Assembly: GCA_963700285.1 (NCBI GenBank)
Contig: CAVOXA010000001.1
Span: forward strand, 1,664,001 to 1,728,000
Reading direction: 5' to 3'
DNA length: 64,000 nt
Source: an uncultured Chloroflexia bacterium
Lineage (GTDB): Bacteria; Chloroflexota; Anaerolineae; JAAYZQ01
Shown piece by piece: positions 31,275 to 41,285 of this stretch (its first letter is position 1; each line of letters begins with the position of its first letter). The notes beneath the pieces were generated by a model. The model ran no database searches. It was given only the letters and a program-made list of their open reading frames with translations, and was not told the DNA's origin. Made by a program: the position numbers and the translations under genes.

Positions 31275-33572
31275 CTAATCTCTGATAGACAACCCTCTCA
31301 AGACCCGTTCTGGTGTAAGCGGCAACTCGTCGAACCAGGCCCCTGTGGCGTCGTGGATGGCCGCCACAAGCGCGGGGGCCAGTGGAATCAAGGGCATTTC
31401 ACCCATGCCCCGTATGCCCCATGCCGAGCGGGGATCAGGATACTCGACAATGACCGAGTCGACTCGTTCTGGCATGTCGCTGATGTTGGGAATCAGGTAG
31501 GTGCTGAGGTTGGGTGTCAGCACCCGGCCGTTGGCGGTGAGATAGTTTTCGCAGGTGGCCCAACCGATGGCCTGGGCCACCGCGCCCTCGATCTGCCCCT
31601 CAACCTGTTGGGGGTTGACGGCTTTGCCCACGTCGTCGGCGCAGATGACGCGCAGGATGTGGATCTGGCCAGTCTCGGTGTCCACTTCTACCTCGACGGC
31701 CTCGGCGACGTAACCGTAGGCAAAGTTGGGGGTGCCGTAGCCGGTCTCTGGATCAAACCGGGTGGTTTTTGGCGCCAGGTAGGTATGCTCGGCGACCGCC
31801 GGGCGTTCCTCGTCACGCCATCGCTTCAGCGCCTTCTCGGCCGCCCCCTGGATGGCGCTGCTGGCCATCACTGTCATGCGAGAGGAACTGACAGAGCCTG
31901 CATCTCCGGGGCTGGTGGCGGTGTCGGAAGCGACGAGGAGAACCCGATCGAGGGCGATGCCCAGTGCTTCCGCTGCCATCTGCTGGATGACTGTGTGCGT
32001 GCCCTGACCCACCTCGGCGCTGCCAATATAGACCAGGGCCTCCTCGATCTCCGCGCCACCTCGCAGCTCAATCTTGGCCCAGCAGTTTTCCTGATAGCCA
32101 AAGGAAAAGCCGACGTTCTTGAAGGCGGTGGCCAGGCCAATACCCCGCCGGCGGGTGGACGTAGCCGAAGGCAGGGTTGGCTTCTGCCACCCGTCTTCGG
32201 TCTGCTGCCAGCCAGCAGCCAGGGCGCACCGCTCCGTCACCTCCGTGAGGCTTACGCCATCGGGCAGCGGCGTAGCCATCGCGGTGAGGCTGCCCTCGCC
32301 CAGCAGATTCTTCAGTCGCAGCTCGACCGGGTCCATGCCCAGGGCCTGGGCCAGCTTGCTCATCTGGGCCTCGGCGGCAAAGCAGCCCTGGGGCGCGCCA
32401 AAACCACGGAAGGCGCCGCCAGGCACGTTGTTGGTATAGACGGCGTCCACATCTACCTTGACGTTGGGGATTTCGTACGGGCCGGTGCAGGTCACGGTGG
32501 TGTTGCCAGCAACCTTGTTGGTCGTATAGCAGTAGGCTCCGCCATCAGCCAGTACCTCGACCTCAGCGGCTACCAGTTGTCCCTCGCGGGTGGCTCCCCA
32601 CTTGCAGTGGAACCACATGGGATGTCGCTTGCAGTGGCCGATGATGGACTCTTCCCGGCTCCAGACGATTCTGACCGGACGGCGGACGCCCATCTGGTCA
32701 AGCCGCCAGGCAGCCAGTGCCACCACGATCTGGATCGACATGTCCTCCCGCCCGCCAAATGCTCCACCAATCGCCGGATAGATCACCCGAACCCGTTCCG
32801 GTGGTAGAGCCAATGCGTGGGCTATCTGTTGCTGATCTTCCCGCGTCCACTGGCCACCCACAAACACCGTCACGATGCCCTCGCCGCCAACTTGCTCATT
32901 GTGGTCGACGTAGGCCACTCCGGCCTCGGGCTGTAGGTAGGCGTGCTCCTGGGGTGAAGTATAGTACTCACCTTCGATTATCAGGTCGGCTGCGGCCCAG
33001 CCTGCAGCCATGTTTCCCTTGCGGATCTGGTGGTGTGAGATGAGGTTGCCCTCAGTAGCCAGCTCGGGGTGGATCTCATTGGGCTCTCTGTCCGGATGGA
33101 GTTGGGGCGCGTCGGGGTTCAGCGCCATGGACGGATCGGATAGAACTGGCAGATCCTGGTACTCGACGTGGATCAGGTCACGGGCGCGGATGGCGGCTCC
33201 TTCAGTCTCGGCCACGACCAAGGCTACCTGGTCGCCAACAAAGCGCACCACATCCGCACCGGGCACTGTGCTCCCGGGCCCACACAGGACCGGCTGGTCC
33301 ACCGTCTGCAGACCGTAGAGGTTCACCGGCACATCTTTGGCCGTTAGGATGGCGACCACGTCTGGGACAGCCTCCGCTTCCGTCGTGTCGATGGCGAGGA
33401 TACGGGCATGGGGCCGCCCGGCAAAGAGTATCTTGGCCTGGAGCATGTCCTCCATGACCAGGTCGGCCGGGTATGCCGCTTCCCCCGTAACTTTGGCACG
33501 AGCGTCCACGCGGCTGATCGACCGGCCTATGTTTCCGGCATACTGGTTGGCTTTCCGTTGGTCAATGGTCAT
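31275..33572 (-). CDS. Xanthine dehydrogenase-family Mo-binding subunit
   Basis: RVDARAKVTG, EHAYLQPE, GGAFGGRE, AFRGFG, GMGE. Confidence 0.9.
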   Translation of the reverse strand: MTIDQRKANQYAGNIGRSISRVDARAKVTGEAAYPADLVMEDMLQAKILFAGRPHARILAIDTTEAEAVPDVVAILTAKDVPVNLYGLQTVDQPVLCGPGSTVPGADVVRFVGDQVALVVAETEGAAIRARDLIHVEYQDLPVLSDPSMALNPDAPQLHPDREPNEIHPELATEGNLISHHQIRKGNMAAGWAAADLIIEGEYYTSPQEHAYLQPEAGVAYVDHNEQVGGEGIVTVFVGGQWTREDQQQIAHALALPPERVRVIYPAIGGAFGGREDMSIQIVVALAAWRLDQMGVRRPVRIVWSREESIIGHCKRHPMWFHCKWGATREGQLVAAEVEVLADGGAYCYTTNKVAGNTTVTCTGPYEIPNVKVDVDAVYTNNVPGGAFRGFGAPQGCFAAEAQMSKLAQALGMDPVELRLKNLLGEGSLTAMATPLPDGVSLTEVTERCALAAGWQQTEDGWQKPTLPSATSTRRRGIGLATAFKNVGFSFGYQENCWAKIELRGGAEIEEALVYIGSAEVGQGTHTVIQQMAAEALGIALDRVLLVASDTATSPGDAGSVSSSRMTVMASSAIQGAAEKALKRWRDEERPAVAEHTYLAPKTTRFDPETGYGTPNFAYGYVAEAVEVEVDTETGQIHILRVICADDVGKAVNPQQVEGQIEGAVAQAIGWATCENYLTANGRVLTPNLSTYLIPNISDMPERVDSVIVEYPDPRSAWGIRGMGEMPLIPLAPALVAAIHDATGAWFDELPLTPERVLRGLSIRD

Positions 33573-35002
33573 GGATCAATCGCCTCCGCCGCCCTCTCGA
33601 TGGCCCGCACGATCTTGTAGTAGCCGGTGCAGCGGCACAGGTTGCCGTGCAACCCGGCGATGATTTGCTCCTGGGTGGGATGAGGGATCTCTTCCAGCAG
33701 GTTGGCGCCTGACATGACGAATCCAGGCGTGCAAAAGCCGCACTGGACTGCCCCCTCGTTAATGAATGCCTGTTGTACGGGGTGAAGCACCTCGCCCCGG
33801 GCCAGTCCCTCGACGGTCGTGATGTCCGCCCCGTGAGCGCGGGGGGCGGGTACCAGGCAGGCCAGCACGGCGATGCCATCCATCCAGATGGTGCACGCGC
33901 CACACTCGCCTTCGCCACAGCCCTCCTTGCTGCCGGTCAAGCCCAGATCCTCGCGCAGCATGTCCAGCAGCGTTTTGTCGACCGCACCCTGCACAGAAAC
34001 GCGTTTCCCGTTGACCGTGCAGACGATCGGTTCGGAACCGCCAACCTGGTGGGTGGCAGTCTGGCCAGCCCCGGCCTGGAAATGGCCGTCCCCTTTCCCC
34101 CATAGCAGGGGCGGGGTGCTGGGGTGATCCGAGCCTTCGGTACCCTCGCGGAGGGCGCCAAGGGCGCGGCGCACCAGCACCTGGACCATCTGCTGGCGGT
34201 AGCCGGCTCCACTGCGGATGTCGTCAATGGGAGCGGCGGCCTCCGCGGCCAAGCTAGCTGCCTGGGCGATGCCGTCCTCATGGAGCGCCGAGCCCACGAG
34301 CGATCGTTCCGCTGCCGGCGCTCGGATGATGGTCGGTGCCACGCTGCCCAGCGTGATCGATGCCGCGGCAACGATGTCGCCCTCAAAGGTCAGCACGACG
34401 GCGGCATTGACCACGGCGATGGCGTGCGAGCGCCGGAGGCCCAGTTTCACAAAGACGCCGCGCTGATTGCCCTTCAGGGCCGGGAAAGAGATGTCTGTCA
34501 CCAACTCATCCTCAGCCAGAGCCGTCTGCCTCACGCCACGATAAAAGTCGGGGAGGGACAGGGTGCGATTCCCCCGGCTGCTGCTCAGGGTCAGGCAGGC
34601 GCCCAGCGCCCACAGCGTGGTGATCGTATCGTTGGCGGGGGAGGCGGTGACCAGATTGCCGGCGATCGTACCTCGGTTTCGAAGCTGGGGGGTCCCGACC
34701 TGCCAGCACGTCTGCACCAGCGGAAATGCCTGCTTGGTTAGCAGGTCCGAGGCCACTGCCTGGTTGTGCGTGACCAGCGGCCCGATGTGGATGACGCCTC
34801 CACCATCCATCGTGATCTGGTGTACGCCTGAGGGTTCTGATACGCGGGTCACGTCGAGCAGTACGGCGGCCGGCCGTATGCCGCGCCGCAGTTCCACCAT
34901 CAGATCGGTTCCACCAGCGATCAGGCGGGCTTCCGGGCCGTGCTCGGCCAGGAGGCGCAGAGTTTCGTCAACGGAGGGCGGTGTGCAATAAGTCTGCCAC
35001 AT
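33569..35002 (-). CDS. Fused FAD-binding + [2Fe-2S] xanthine dehydrogenase subunit
   Basis: IAGGTDL, RNRGTIAGN, ASPAND; GCGEGECGAC, QCGFCTPG, NLCRCTGY. Confidence 0.9.
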   Translation of the reverse strand: MWQTYCTPPSVDETLRLLAEHGPEARLIAGGTDLMVELRRGIRPAAVLLDVTRVSEPSGVHQITMDGGGVIHIGPLVTHNQAVASDLLTKQAFPLVQTCWQVGTPQLRNRGTIAGNLVTASPANDTITTLWALGACLTLSSSRGNRTLSLPDFYRGVRQTALAEDELVTDISFPALKGNQRGVFVKLGLRRSHAIAVVNAAVVLTFEGDIVAAASITLGSVAPTIIRAPAAERSLVGSALHEDGIAQAASLAAEAAAPIDDIRSGAGYRQQMVQVLVRRALGALREGTEGSDHPSTPPLLWGKGDGHFQAGAGQTATHQVGGSEPIVCTVNGKRVSVQGAVDKTLLDMLREDLGLTGSKEGCGEGECGACTIWMDGIAVLACLVPAPRAHGADITTVEGLARGEVLHPVQQAFINEGAVQCGFCTPGFVMSGANLLEEIPHPTQEQIIAGLHGNLCRCTGYYKIVRAIERAAEAIDP

Positions 35003-35131
35003 GTCAGAGTCCTCCTGGGGACACGCGAGTACGCTGCGCAGTCTGGGTCTGGGTTCACTACCCCCAGCGTCCCAACTCAACTCGTTGGCTGGGACTGCTC
35101 GCTCACAGTCCGGGCAGTCCCAGCCACAGGC

Positions 35132-36082
35132 TCAAGCTTCAATCCATGTTCCACTTTCGCCATCCAGCGCCCGGGCGATGTTCGGCGGATCAGTGATGAG
35201 CGCCTTGCCGGCCGGATGGGCGTCCAGGAAGGACAGGACCGATTCGATCTTGGGGCCCATACTGCCCGGCTTAAAGTGCCCTTCGGCCTGGTAGGCGCGG
35301 GCTTGGTCTGCCGTCATCCGGCCCAGCCATTGCTGGTTCGGCTCGTTAAAGTTGATGGCTACCTGCGCGACCGCCGTGGAGATCAAGAACAGGTCTACCC
35401 CGAGTTCTTTGGCCAGCAGACTGGTGGCCCGGTCTTTGTCGATCACGGCTCGTGTTCCCACTAGATAGCCGTCCTCGTCTTCGATGACAGGGATCCCACC
35501 ACCGCCCACGGCGATGACGATAAATCCCTGCTCTACCAGGGCTCGGATGGCGTCCAGTTCAACGATTCGCAGTGGAATGGGCGATGCGATGACGCGACGC
35601 CAGCCGCGGCCAGCGTCCTCGATGACCTGCCAGCCATCCTCCTCAAACGCACGGGCTTTCTCTTCGGTCGTGAAACCGCCAATGCCTTTCGTCGGGTTCT
35701 GGAACCCTGGGTCATCTCGGTCCACCAGGACTTGGGTCACAACCGCGGCGATAGGCTGGTGGATCCCCCTCCGGCTGAACTCGTTCTCCAGGGCCTGGGC
35801 GATCATGTAGCCAATAGATCCCTGCGTGTCGGCCCCGATGAGGTCTAACGGTGTCGTGTGCACCTCGTGCTCGGCCAGCTCATTGCGGCGCAGGATAAAA
35901 CCGACCTGAGGCCCGTTCCCGTGGGTGATCACCAGGTTCCAGCCGCGCTCGATCATGTCGGCGATGTGTTTGCAGGTTTCCTGGACCGCGCCCCACTGAG
36001 AGGCCACGTCTTCGTGTTGTTTGTCAAGGATCAGTGAATTGCCGCCGATGGCGATGACGGCGGTTTTTCGCTTTTCGCTCAT
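35132..36082 (-). CDS. arcC: Carbamate kinase
   Basis: AIGGNSL, THGNGPQVG, GGGGIPV, VIDKD, GSMGPK. Confidence 0.93.
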   Translation of the reverse strand: MSEKRKTAVIAIGGNSLILDKQHEDVASQWGAVQETCKHIADMIERGWNLVITHGNGPQVGFILRRNELAEHEVHTTPLDLIGADTQGSIGYMIAQALENEFSRRGIHQPIAAVVTQVLVDRDDPGFQNPTKGIGGFTTEEKARAFEEDGWQVIEDAGRGWRRVIASPIPLRIVELDAIRALVEQGFIVIAVGGGGIPVIEDEDGYLVGTRAVIDKDRATSLLAKELGVDLFLISTAVAQVAINFNEPNQQWLGRMTADQARAYQAEGHFKPGSMGPKIESVLSFLDAHPAGKALITDPPNIARALDGESGTWIEA

Positions 36083-36178
36083 GGATTCCTCCTTCGGTTT
36101 GGGAACCGATGATAGGGCAACCGTGATTCGGGAAGCGCGACTTGCATCCACTTCCCGAACCTACGGTTCCCAGGCCTG

Positions 36179-37216
36179 CTACAGGTTCCCCATTGTCAAG
36201 GCCATTACCGCTTTCTGGACATGCAGGCGATTCTCGGCAATGTCATAGATGGCGCTGCGCGGACCGCTGGCCACCTCGTCTGTGACTTCAGTACCCCGGT
36301 CGACCGGCATGGGGTGACTGTAGATAGCATTGTCGGTGCGCGCCATGCGCTCGCTGTTCGCGGTCCAGCCTGGGATGGTGAGGGCCTTCTGAATCTCGGC
36401 CTGCTTCTGAAGCACGCCATCCTGGTATGCCTCGGCTGTTACCCAGTTGCGACTGTAGACGATGTGCGCGCCGTCGTAGCCGCTCTCAGGATCGTTGACG
36501 ACATTGAAACTGGCCCCTGTTTCGGCGCAGTTTGCCTTGGTCCATTCGTACACTTCCGGGTCCAGGTCATAGCCGTCTGGCCGGGCCACCGTGACGTTCA
36601 TTCCAAAGCGGGACGCCACGAGGAGCGCTTCCTGCACGCTGCACCACGATCGGGCCAGAGCGCCGGAGCCCCAGGTGAGCAAAAAGTTCTTGCCCTTGAG
36701 GTTCTCATAGTCCGGCCGGCCAGGTCCTTCGCCATACCATTCGGCCCAGCCCATCACGTCGGCCATGCCCTGGCAGGGATGATACTTGTCGTCGGCCATG
36801 TTGACGATGGGCACATCCGCCCACTGCGCGTACTCGCGCAGCATCTCGTTGCCGGCGCCATAGTAGGGGACCTTGTCCTCCAGAATGCGGATGCCAATCC
36901 CACAAACGTAGCGCGCCATGACCTGGGCCGCGTCTTCGATCGTCTCGCCCGCCTGTTTCTCGGTCTTGAAGCGGCCCGCTGAAGGTGTCATGAACTGAGC
37001 GTGCCCACCCAACTCGGTGGCCGCTGCCTCGAAGGACATCCGGGTGCGCACCGAGGGGTTGTAGAAGAACATCATGAAGGTCTTGTACGCCAGCGTGCTT
37101 GTCCAGCGCGGCGAGTAGCGATCGCGCTTCATCTTGGCCGCCAGGTCAAGCAGCGCCTGCAACTCTTTGAGCGACCATTCTTGAGATACGATAAAGTCCT
37201 TGCCGTATAGGTCCAT
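36179..37216 (-). CDS. Divergent ornithine-carbamoyltransferase-family protein
   Basis: FFYNPSVRTR, HPCQ, HPMPVDRG, AENRLH. Confidence 0.85.
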   Translation of the reverse strand: MDLYGKDFIVSQEWSLKELQALLDLAAKMKRDRYSPRWTSTLAYKTFMMFFYNPSVRTRMSFEAAATELGGHAQFMTPSAGRFKTEKQAGETIEDAAQVMARYVCGIGIRILEDKVPYYGAGNEMLREYAQWADVPIVNMADDKYHPCQGMADVMGWAEWYGEGPGRPDYENLKGKNFLLTWGSGALARSWCSVQEALLVASRFGMNVTVARPDGYDLDPEVYEWTKANCAETGASFNVVNDPESGYDGAHIVYSRNWVTAEAYQDGVLQKQAEIQKALTIPGWTANSERMARTDNAIYSHPMPVDRGTEVTDEVASGPRSAIYDIAENRLHVQKAVMALTMGNL

Positions 37217-37268
37217 CTTTAGCCTCCGTTCATCGGAGATTCGGGATCCGATTCTCCGAACCCCCACT

Positions 37269-38330
37269 CTACATCGTCAACGCCATGACCGCCTTCTGTA
37301 CGTGCAGGCGGTTCTCCGCCTCGTCATAGATTGCCGAGGACCACCCGCTCGGGGGATCGGTGTTGTCCATGACCTCGTTGGTCACTTCCCAAGCACGGTC
37401 TGCCGGCAAGCAGTGCATATAGATGGCATTCTTGTCGCCCAGCTCCATGTACTCACGCGTGGCTTTCCAGTCTTTGTACTTGTCAAAGGCCTGCTGGGCC
37501 ATTTCCAGGCTGTCCTCACCGACCGGCGGTTTGTAAATCGGAGTCGCCGCCCAGGCTTTTGGATACAGGACGTGCGCGCCTTCTGCCGCACCCATAAAGT
37601 CGTGGGTGATCTCAAAGCTGCTGCCGTTCATCTCGGCGTTGGCCTGGCAGGCGGCAATGATCTGGGGATCCAGGGCCATCTCCGGCGGGTGAGCCAGCAC
37701 GGTGTCGCAGCCCATCATCGTGGCGGCGATAATCGCACTCTGCGGTACTGCCCGCGGCTTGTGGGCGCTGGGGGAGTAGGCCCAGCTCATGACGAACTTG
37801 ATGTCCTGGAACGTCCCGAATTTTTCCTTGACCGTCAGCACGTCGGCCAGGGCCTGGAAAGGATGGTACATGTCGTCTTCCATGTTCAAGATGGGAATAT
37901 CTGACCACTTGGCAAATTCGTGCAGTAATGCATTGGCCCCGCCATACTCCCAGTCCACCGGATCGCCGTAGCAGCGGATCGCGATGGCCTCGCCCATGCG
38001 GGACAATACCCGGGCAACGTCGCTCACCCGCTCGGTGCTGTAGGCCACTTCTTTGCCTTCCAGCGCCGGGGTATAGATCTTGCTCGGATCCAGAAAGTGG
38101 GCGTGGCCGCCCATCTGGTGCATGCCCGCTTCAAAGCTGTTGCGGGTACGCAAGCTCTGATTGTAAAAGATCATGAACAGCGTCTTGGCCCGCAGCAGGT
38201 CGTCGTGCAGCCGGCCAATGGCCCGATCCCGTTTGAGGTCCAGGGCCAGATCCAGGATCTGTCCCACCTCCTCCTTTGACCAGTCCAGTAGTGTGATAAA
38301 GTCACGTCCGCGAAAAGTGTCTGTCCTCAT
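37269..38330 (-). CDS. Divergent ornithine-carbamoyltransferase-family protein (YgeW-like features)
   Basis: FYNQSLRTR, HPFQ, MSWAYSP, YPKAW, HCLPAD, AENRLH. Confidence 0.85.
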   Translation of the reverse strand: MRTDTFRGRDFITLLDWSKEEVGQILDLALDLKRDRAIGRLHDDLLRAKTLFMIFYNQSLRTRNSFEAGMHQMGGHAHFLDPSKIYTPALEGKEVAYSTERVSDVARVLSRMGEAIAIRCYGDPVDWEYGGANALLHEFAKWSDIPILNMEDDMYHPFQALADVLTVKEKFGTFQDIKFVMSWAYSPSAHKPRAVPQSAIIAATMMGCDTVLAHPPEMALDPQIIAACQANAEMNGSSFEITHDFMGAAEGAHVLYPKAWAATPIYKPPVGEDSLEMAQQAFDKYKDWKATREYMELGDKNAIYMHCLPADRAWEVTNEVMDNTDPPSGWSSAIYDEAENRLHVQKAVMALTM

Positions 38331-38418
38331 TTTGATTCTCCTTGTCTGATTTGTAAAGAGACCTGGTATTCTGAGGATTGGGCAACTCGGCTACGCCCAA
38401 TCCCCAGTCTCCAGTTCT

Positions 38419-39885
38419 CTATTTTCCTAGCCCTGTCATCTCGTTGAACTGCTCAATGAGCGCGTCGATCTCGTCGATCTGGCCGTGGATGTCGCTCCAG
38501 TAGTTGCGGTCGTACCATTGGGCCTGGATCTCTTCGTAGGTTTTGCCCTGCTGTTCCACCCAGGTAAAGTACTTTAGATTGTGGATCCGCTTCTGGTCCC
38601 AGTGGCCCAACTCCTCCACATAGTCCATCGTGCAGCCCAACAGGTAGCGGTGATAGTCAGCGGCGGCATCCACTTTGGTATACTCGCCATGTTCCTCGTG
38701 CAATTCGTGAAGCCTGCTCTGATACAGCTCCATTGAATCGGTCCACACGGTTAGGACTATGTCCTCCTCACCCAGTTCGTACCACTTGGCAAACTTGATG
38801 GAGGACAGCACGTTGGCGATACTCGAAATACCCATCAGATCCAATTGGCCCACCAACTCCTCCGGGACCCCCTGCTTCACCAGGTAGGCACGCCCTGCAG
38901 GTTCGTTGAACAGCCGTACCAGGCACATGCAAGCCTCGTCGTCGATGGACATCACCATGTCGGTGTTTCTCATGTTGTGGATCCAGGGAACGTGTTTGTC
39001 ACCGATACCCTCGATGCGGTGCCCGCCATAGCCATTGAGAATCAGGGTGGGGCACTGCAGGGCTTCGCTGCCGGCGACCTTGCTGGCGGGAAAGATCTCC
39101 TTCATATAGTCGCCGCAGCCAATCGTGCCCGCCGAGCCTGTGGTCAGGACCACGCCCCGGTAGACGTCGTTCGGCCCCATTTCCTGCTCGAGGACCTCTT
39201 CCATCGCGTGGCCAGTGACGTCATAGTGCCACAGGTGGTTGCCGAACTCATCGAACTGGTTAAAGATGACAATATCGTCACCCCGCTCTCGGGTGAGTTC
39301 CCAGCACTTGTCAAAGATCTCTTTGACGTTGCTCTCGCAGCCAGGTGTGGCGATGACTTCGCCGGCGATGTTTGACAGCCACTCGAAGCGCTCGCGGCTC
39401 ATCTCCTCGGGGAGGATAGCGATCGACTCGCAGGCTAGCAGGGCCGAGTCGTAGGCGCCGCCCCGGCAATAGTTGCCCGTGGACGGCCAAACGGCCTTCT
39501 GTGAGGTAGGGTCAAATTGGCCTGTGACCAGGCGTGGCACCAGGCAGCCAAAGGTCGCACCGACCTTGTGCGCACCGGTCGGGAACCACTTGCCCACCAG
39601 CGAGATGATGCGAGCCGGCACACCCGTCAGCGAGGATGGCAATTCGACATAATTCACTCCGCCAAAGCCACCACCGCGAGCCGTGGGTTCATTCTTCCAG
39701 GTGATGCGGGAAAGGTTGAGCGAGTTCACGTCCCACAGGCCGACATCTTTCAGCCCCTCTTTGATGCTGTCCGGGAGCAGGGATGGATCCTTCATCTGTG
39801 CAAAGGTGGGGACATAGATGTCGCGCTCCCGCGCTCTCTGAACGGTTCTTTCCAGTTGTTCTTTGTGAATGGTCAAATCTATCAT
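38419..39885 (-). CDS. Fold-type II PLP-dependent enzyme (cysteine-synthase-like lyase)
   Basis: PTGAHKVG (PLP lysine), STGNY, TGSAGT, HRIEGIG. Confidence 0.85.
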   Translation of the reverse strand: MIDLTIHKEQLERTVQRARERDIYVPTFAQMKDPSLLPDSIKEGLKDVGLWDVNSLNLSRITWKNEPTARGGGFGGVNYVELPSSLTGVPARIISLVGKWFPTGAHKVGATFGCLVPRLVTGQFDPTSQKAVWPSTGNYCRGGAYDSALLACESIAILPEEMSRERFEWLSNIAGEVIATPGCESNVKEIFDKCWELTRERGDDIVIFNQFDEFGNHLWHYDVTGHAMEEVLEQEMGPNDVYRGVVLTTGSAGTIGCGDYMKEIFPASKVAGSEALQCPTLILNGYGGHRIEGIGDKHVPWIHNMRNTDMVMSIDDEACMCLVRLFNEPAGRAYLVKQGVPEELVGQLDLMGISSIANVLSSIKFAKWYELGEEDIVLTVWTDSMELYQSRLHELHEEHGEYTKVDAAADYHRYLLGCTMDYVEELGHWDQKRIHNLKYFTWVEQQGKTYEEIQAQWYDRNYWSDIHGQIDEIDALIEQFNEMTGLGK

Positions 39886-39910
39886 CGTCTGACTCTCCTA
39901 TAAAGTGTTG

Positions 39911-41209
39911 CTACGCGAACCTTGGGTTGTTCATTTCGTCCAACGCGCGCCGCACGTCATCCAGGTCCGGTGTGACGACGGCGGGGCGACCTACAGATTT
40001 CATGGCGGTGGCAATGTCTTTCAGGCCCGAACCTGTGGCCAGTACGACCACTCGCTCATCGACGGCGACCAGTCCGGCATCGACCGCCCTGACCAATCCA
40101 GCGTAGGCGGCCGCGGCGGCTGGCTCGGCAAAGACGCCGCAGCCCTGGGCCAGCTCGGGGATGGCGCTGACGATCTCTTGGTCGCTCACCCGGATAAAGG
40201 CGCCGCCGCTTTCGTTGGCAGCGCGCAATGCCTTGATGCGATCGCGAGGGAGACCGGCTACGATGCTATCCGCCACGGAATGGGCTTCCACGGGCTCCAT
40301 CTCCCAGCCCGCCAGCCCTCGTTCCCAGGCATCCACCAGGGGTGAGGAACCCTCGGCCTGCACACCGATGATCCTGGGCATGCGGTCGATCTTGCCCAGT
40401 GCCATGAGATCCCTGAAGCCCTTGTGTACGCCACCGATGATACAGCCATCACCTACCGGCACCATCACAACATCCGGCGCTTCCCACGCCCCCTGATCTC
40501 CATCAGCCAACTGCTCGCAGATCTCGTACGAAACTGTCTTCTTCCCCTCGCTCATGTAGGGGTTGTAGCCTGTATTCCGATTGTACCAGCCAAACTCTGG
40601 CGCGGCCTGCAAGCACAGTTCAAAGGCATCGTCATAGGTGCCGTCTACCAGGAGGACGGTGGCACCATAGACCAATAGTTGGGCGATCTTGGCCTCGGGA
40701 GCGGTACGGGGTACAAAAATGACGTTGGCCTGCGCGACCGCGGCACACAGCCCCGAGAGGGCGGCCGCTGCATTGCCGGTACTGGCGGTGGTTACGATCT
40801 GGTAGCCCAGTTCGCGGGTCTTGACGACGGCGATGGCCGAGGCTCGGTCTTTGAAGGAGGCCGTGGGCTGTCGCCCGTCGTCCTTTACCCACAGGTGATG
40901 CAGGCCCAGTTGGGCTGCCAGGCGTGGTGCGGGATACAGGGGCGTCCAACCGACGCTGCCCAACACAGTGCCCTCGATCAACGGCCGCGCTGCTTCAGGC
41001 TCTACTGGCAGCAACGGCAGGTAGCGCCAGATGGAGCGTGGGGCATGGCTACCGGTCCTGCCCGAAGCAAGGCGCTGCCCGACGAGTTCATAATCATAGA
41101 CAACGTCGAGTATGCCGTCATCTCCATGTTTGGGGCAGACGTACTCGGTTTCGCCGGCTCCGTATTCTGCGCCACAGATGGTGCATTTGAGACCTATAAC
41201 GTGATCCAT
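39911..41209 (-). CDS. Threonine-synthase-like PLP enzyme
   Basis: N-terminal CxxC...C, GWTPL, PTASFKDR, ASTGNA, PVGDG, EPAAA, TGSGLK. Confidence 0.88.
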   Translation of the reverse strand: MDHVIGLKCTICGAEYGAGETEYVCPKHGDDGILDVVYDYELVGQRLASGRTGSHAPRSIWRYLPLLPVEPEAARPLIEGTVLGSVGWTPLYPAPRLAAQLGLHHLWVKDDGRQPTASFKDRASAIAVVKTRELGYQIVTTASTGNAAAALSGLCAAVAQANVIFVPRTAPEAKIAQLLVYGATVLLVDGTYDDAFELCLQAAPEFGWYNRNTGYNPYMSEGKKTVSYEICEQLADGDQGAWEAPDVVMVPVGDGCIIGGVHKGFRDLMALGKIDRMPRIIGVQAEGSSPLVDAWERGLAGWEMEPVEAHSVADSIVAGLPRDRIKALRAANESGGAFIRVSDQEIVSAIPELAQGCGVFAEPAAAAAYAGLVRAVDAGLVAVDERVVVLATGSGLKDIATAMKSVGRPAVVTPDLDDVRRALDEMNNPRFA

Positions 41210-41285
41210 CGTGAGTCCTTACCCGCCTTTTTGTCCAAATTGGATGGCCTGTGTCTCCATGCCAGGGATCTGCCTCTGTCAGCGC

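Noticed and set aside
31353-32807. Long antisense ORFs (also 53132-54787, 54833-55885, 60943-61977, 59236-60498)
   Set aside because: Shadow ORFs of GC-rich genes with no recognisable motifs.
17183-35002. Selenocysteine/UGA readthrough in the Mo-hydroxylases or YgfK
   Set aside because: The ORFs are continuous, with no in-frame TGA interrupting a domain.
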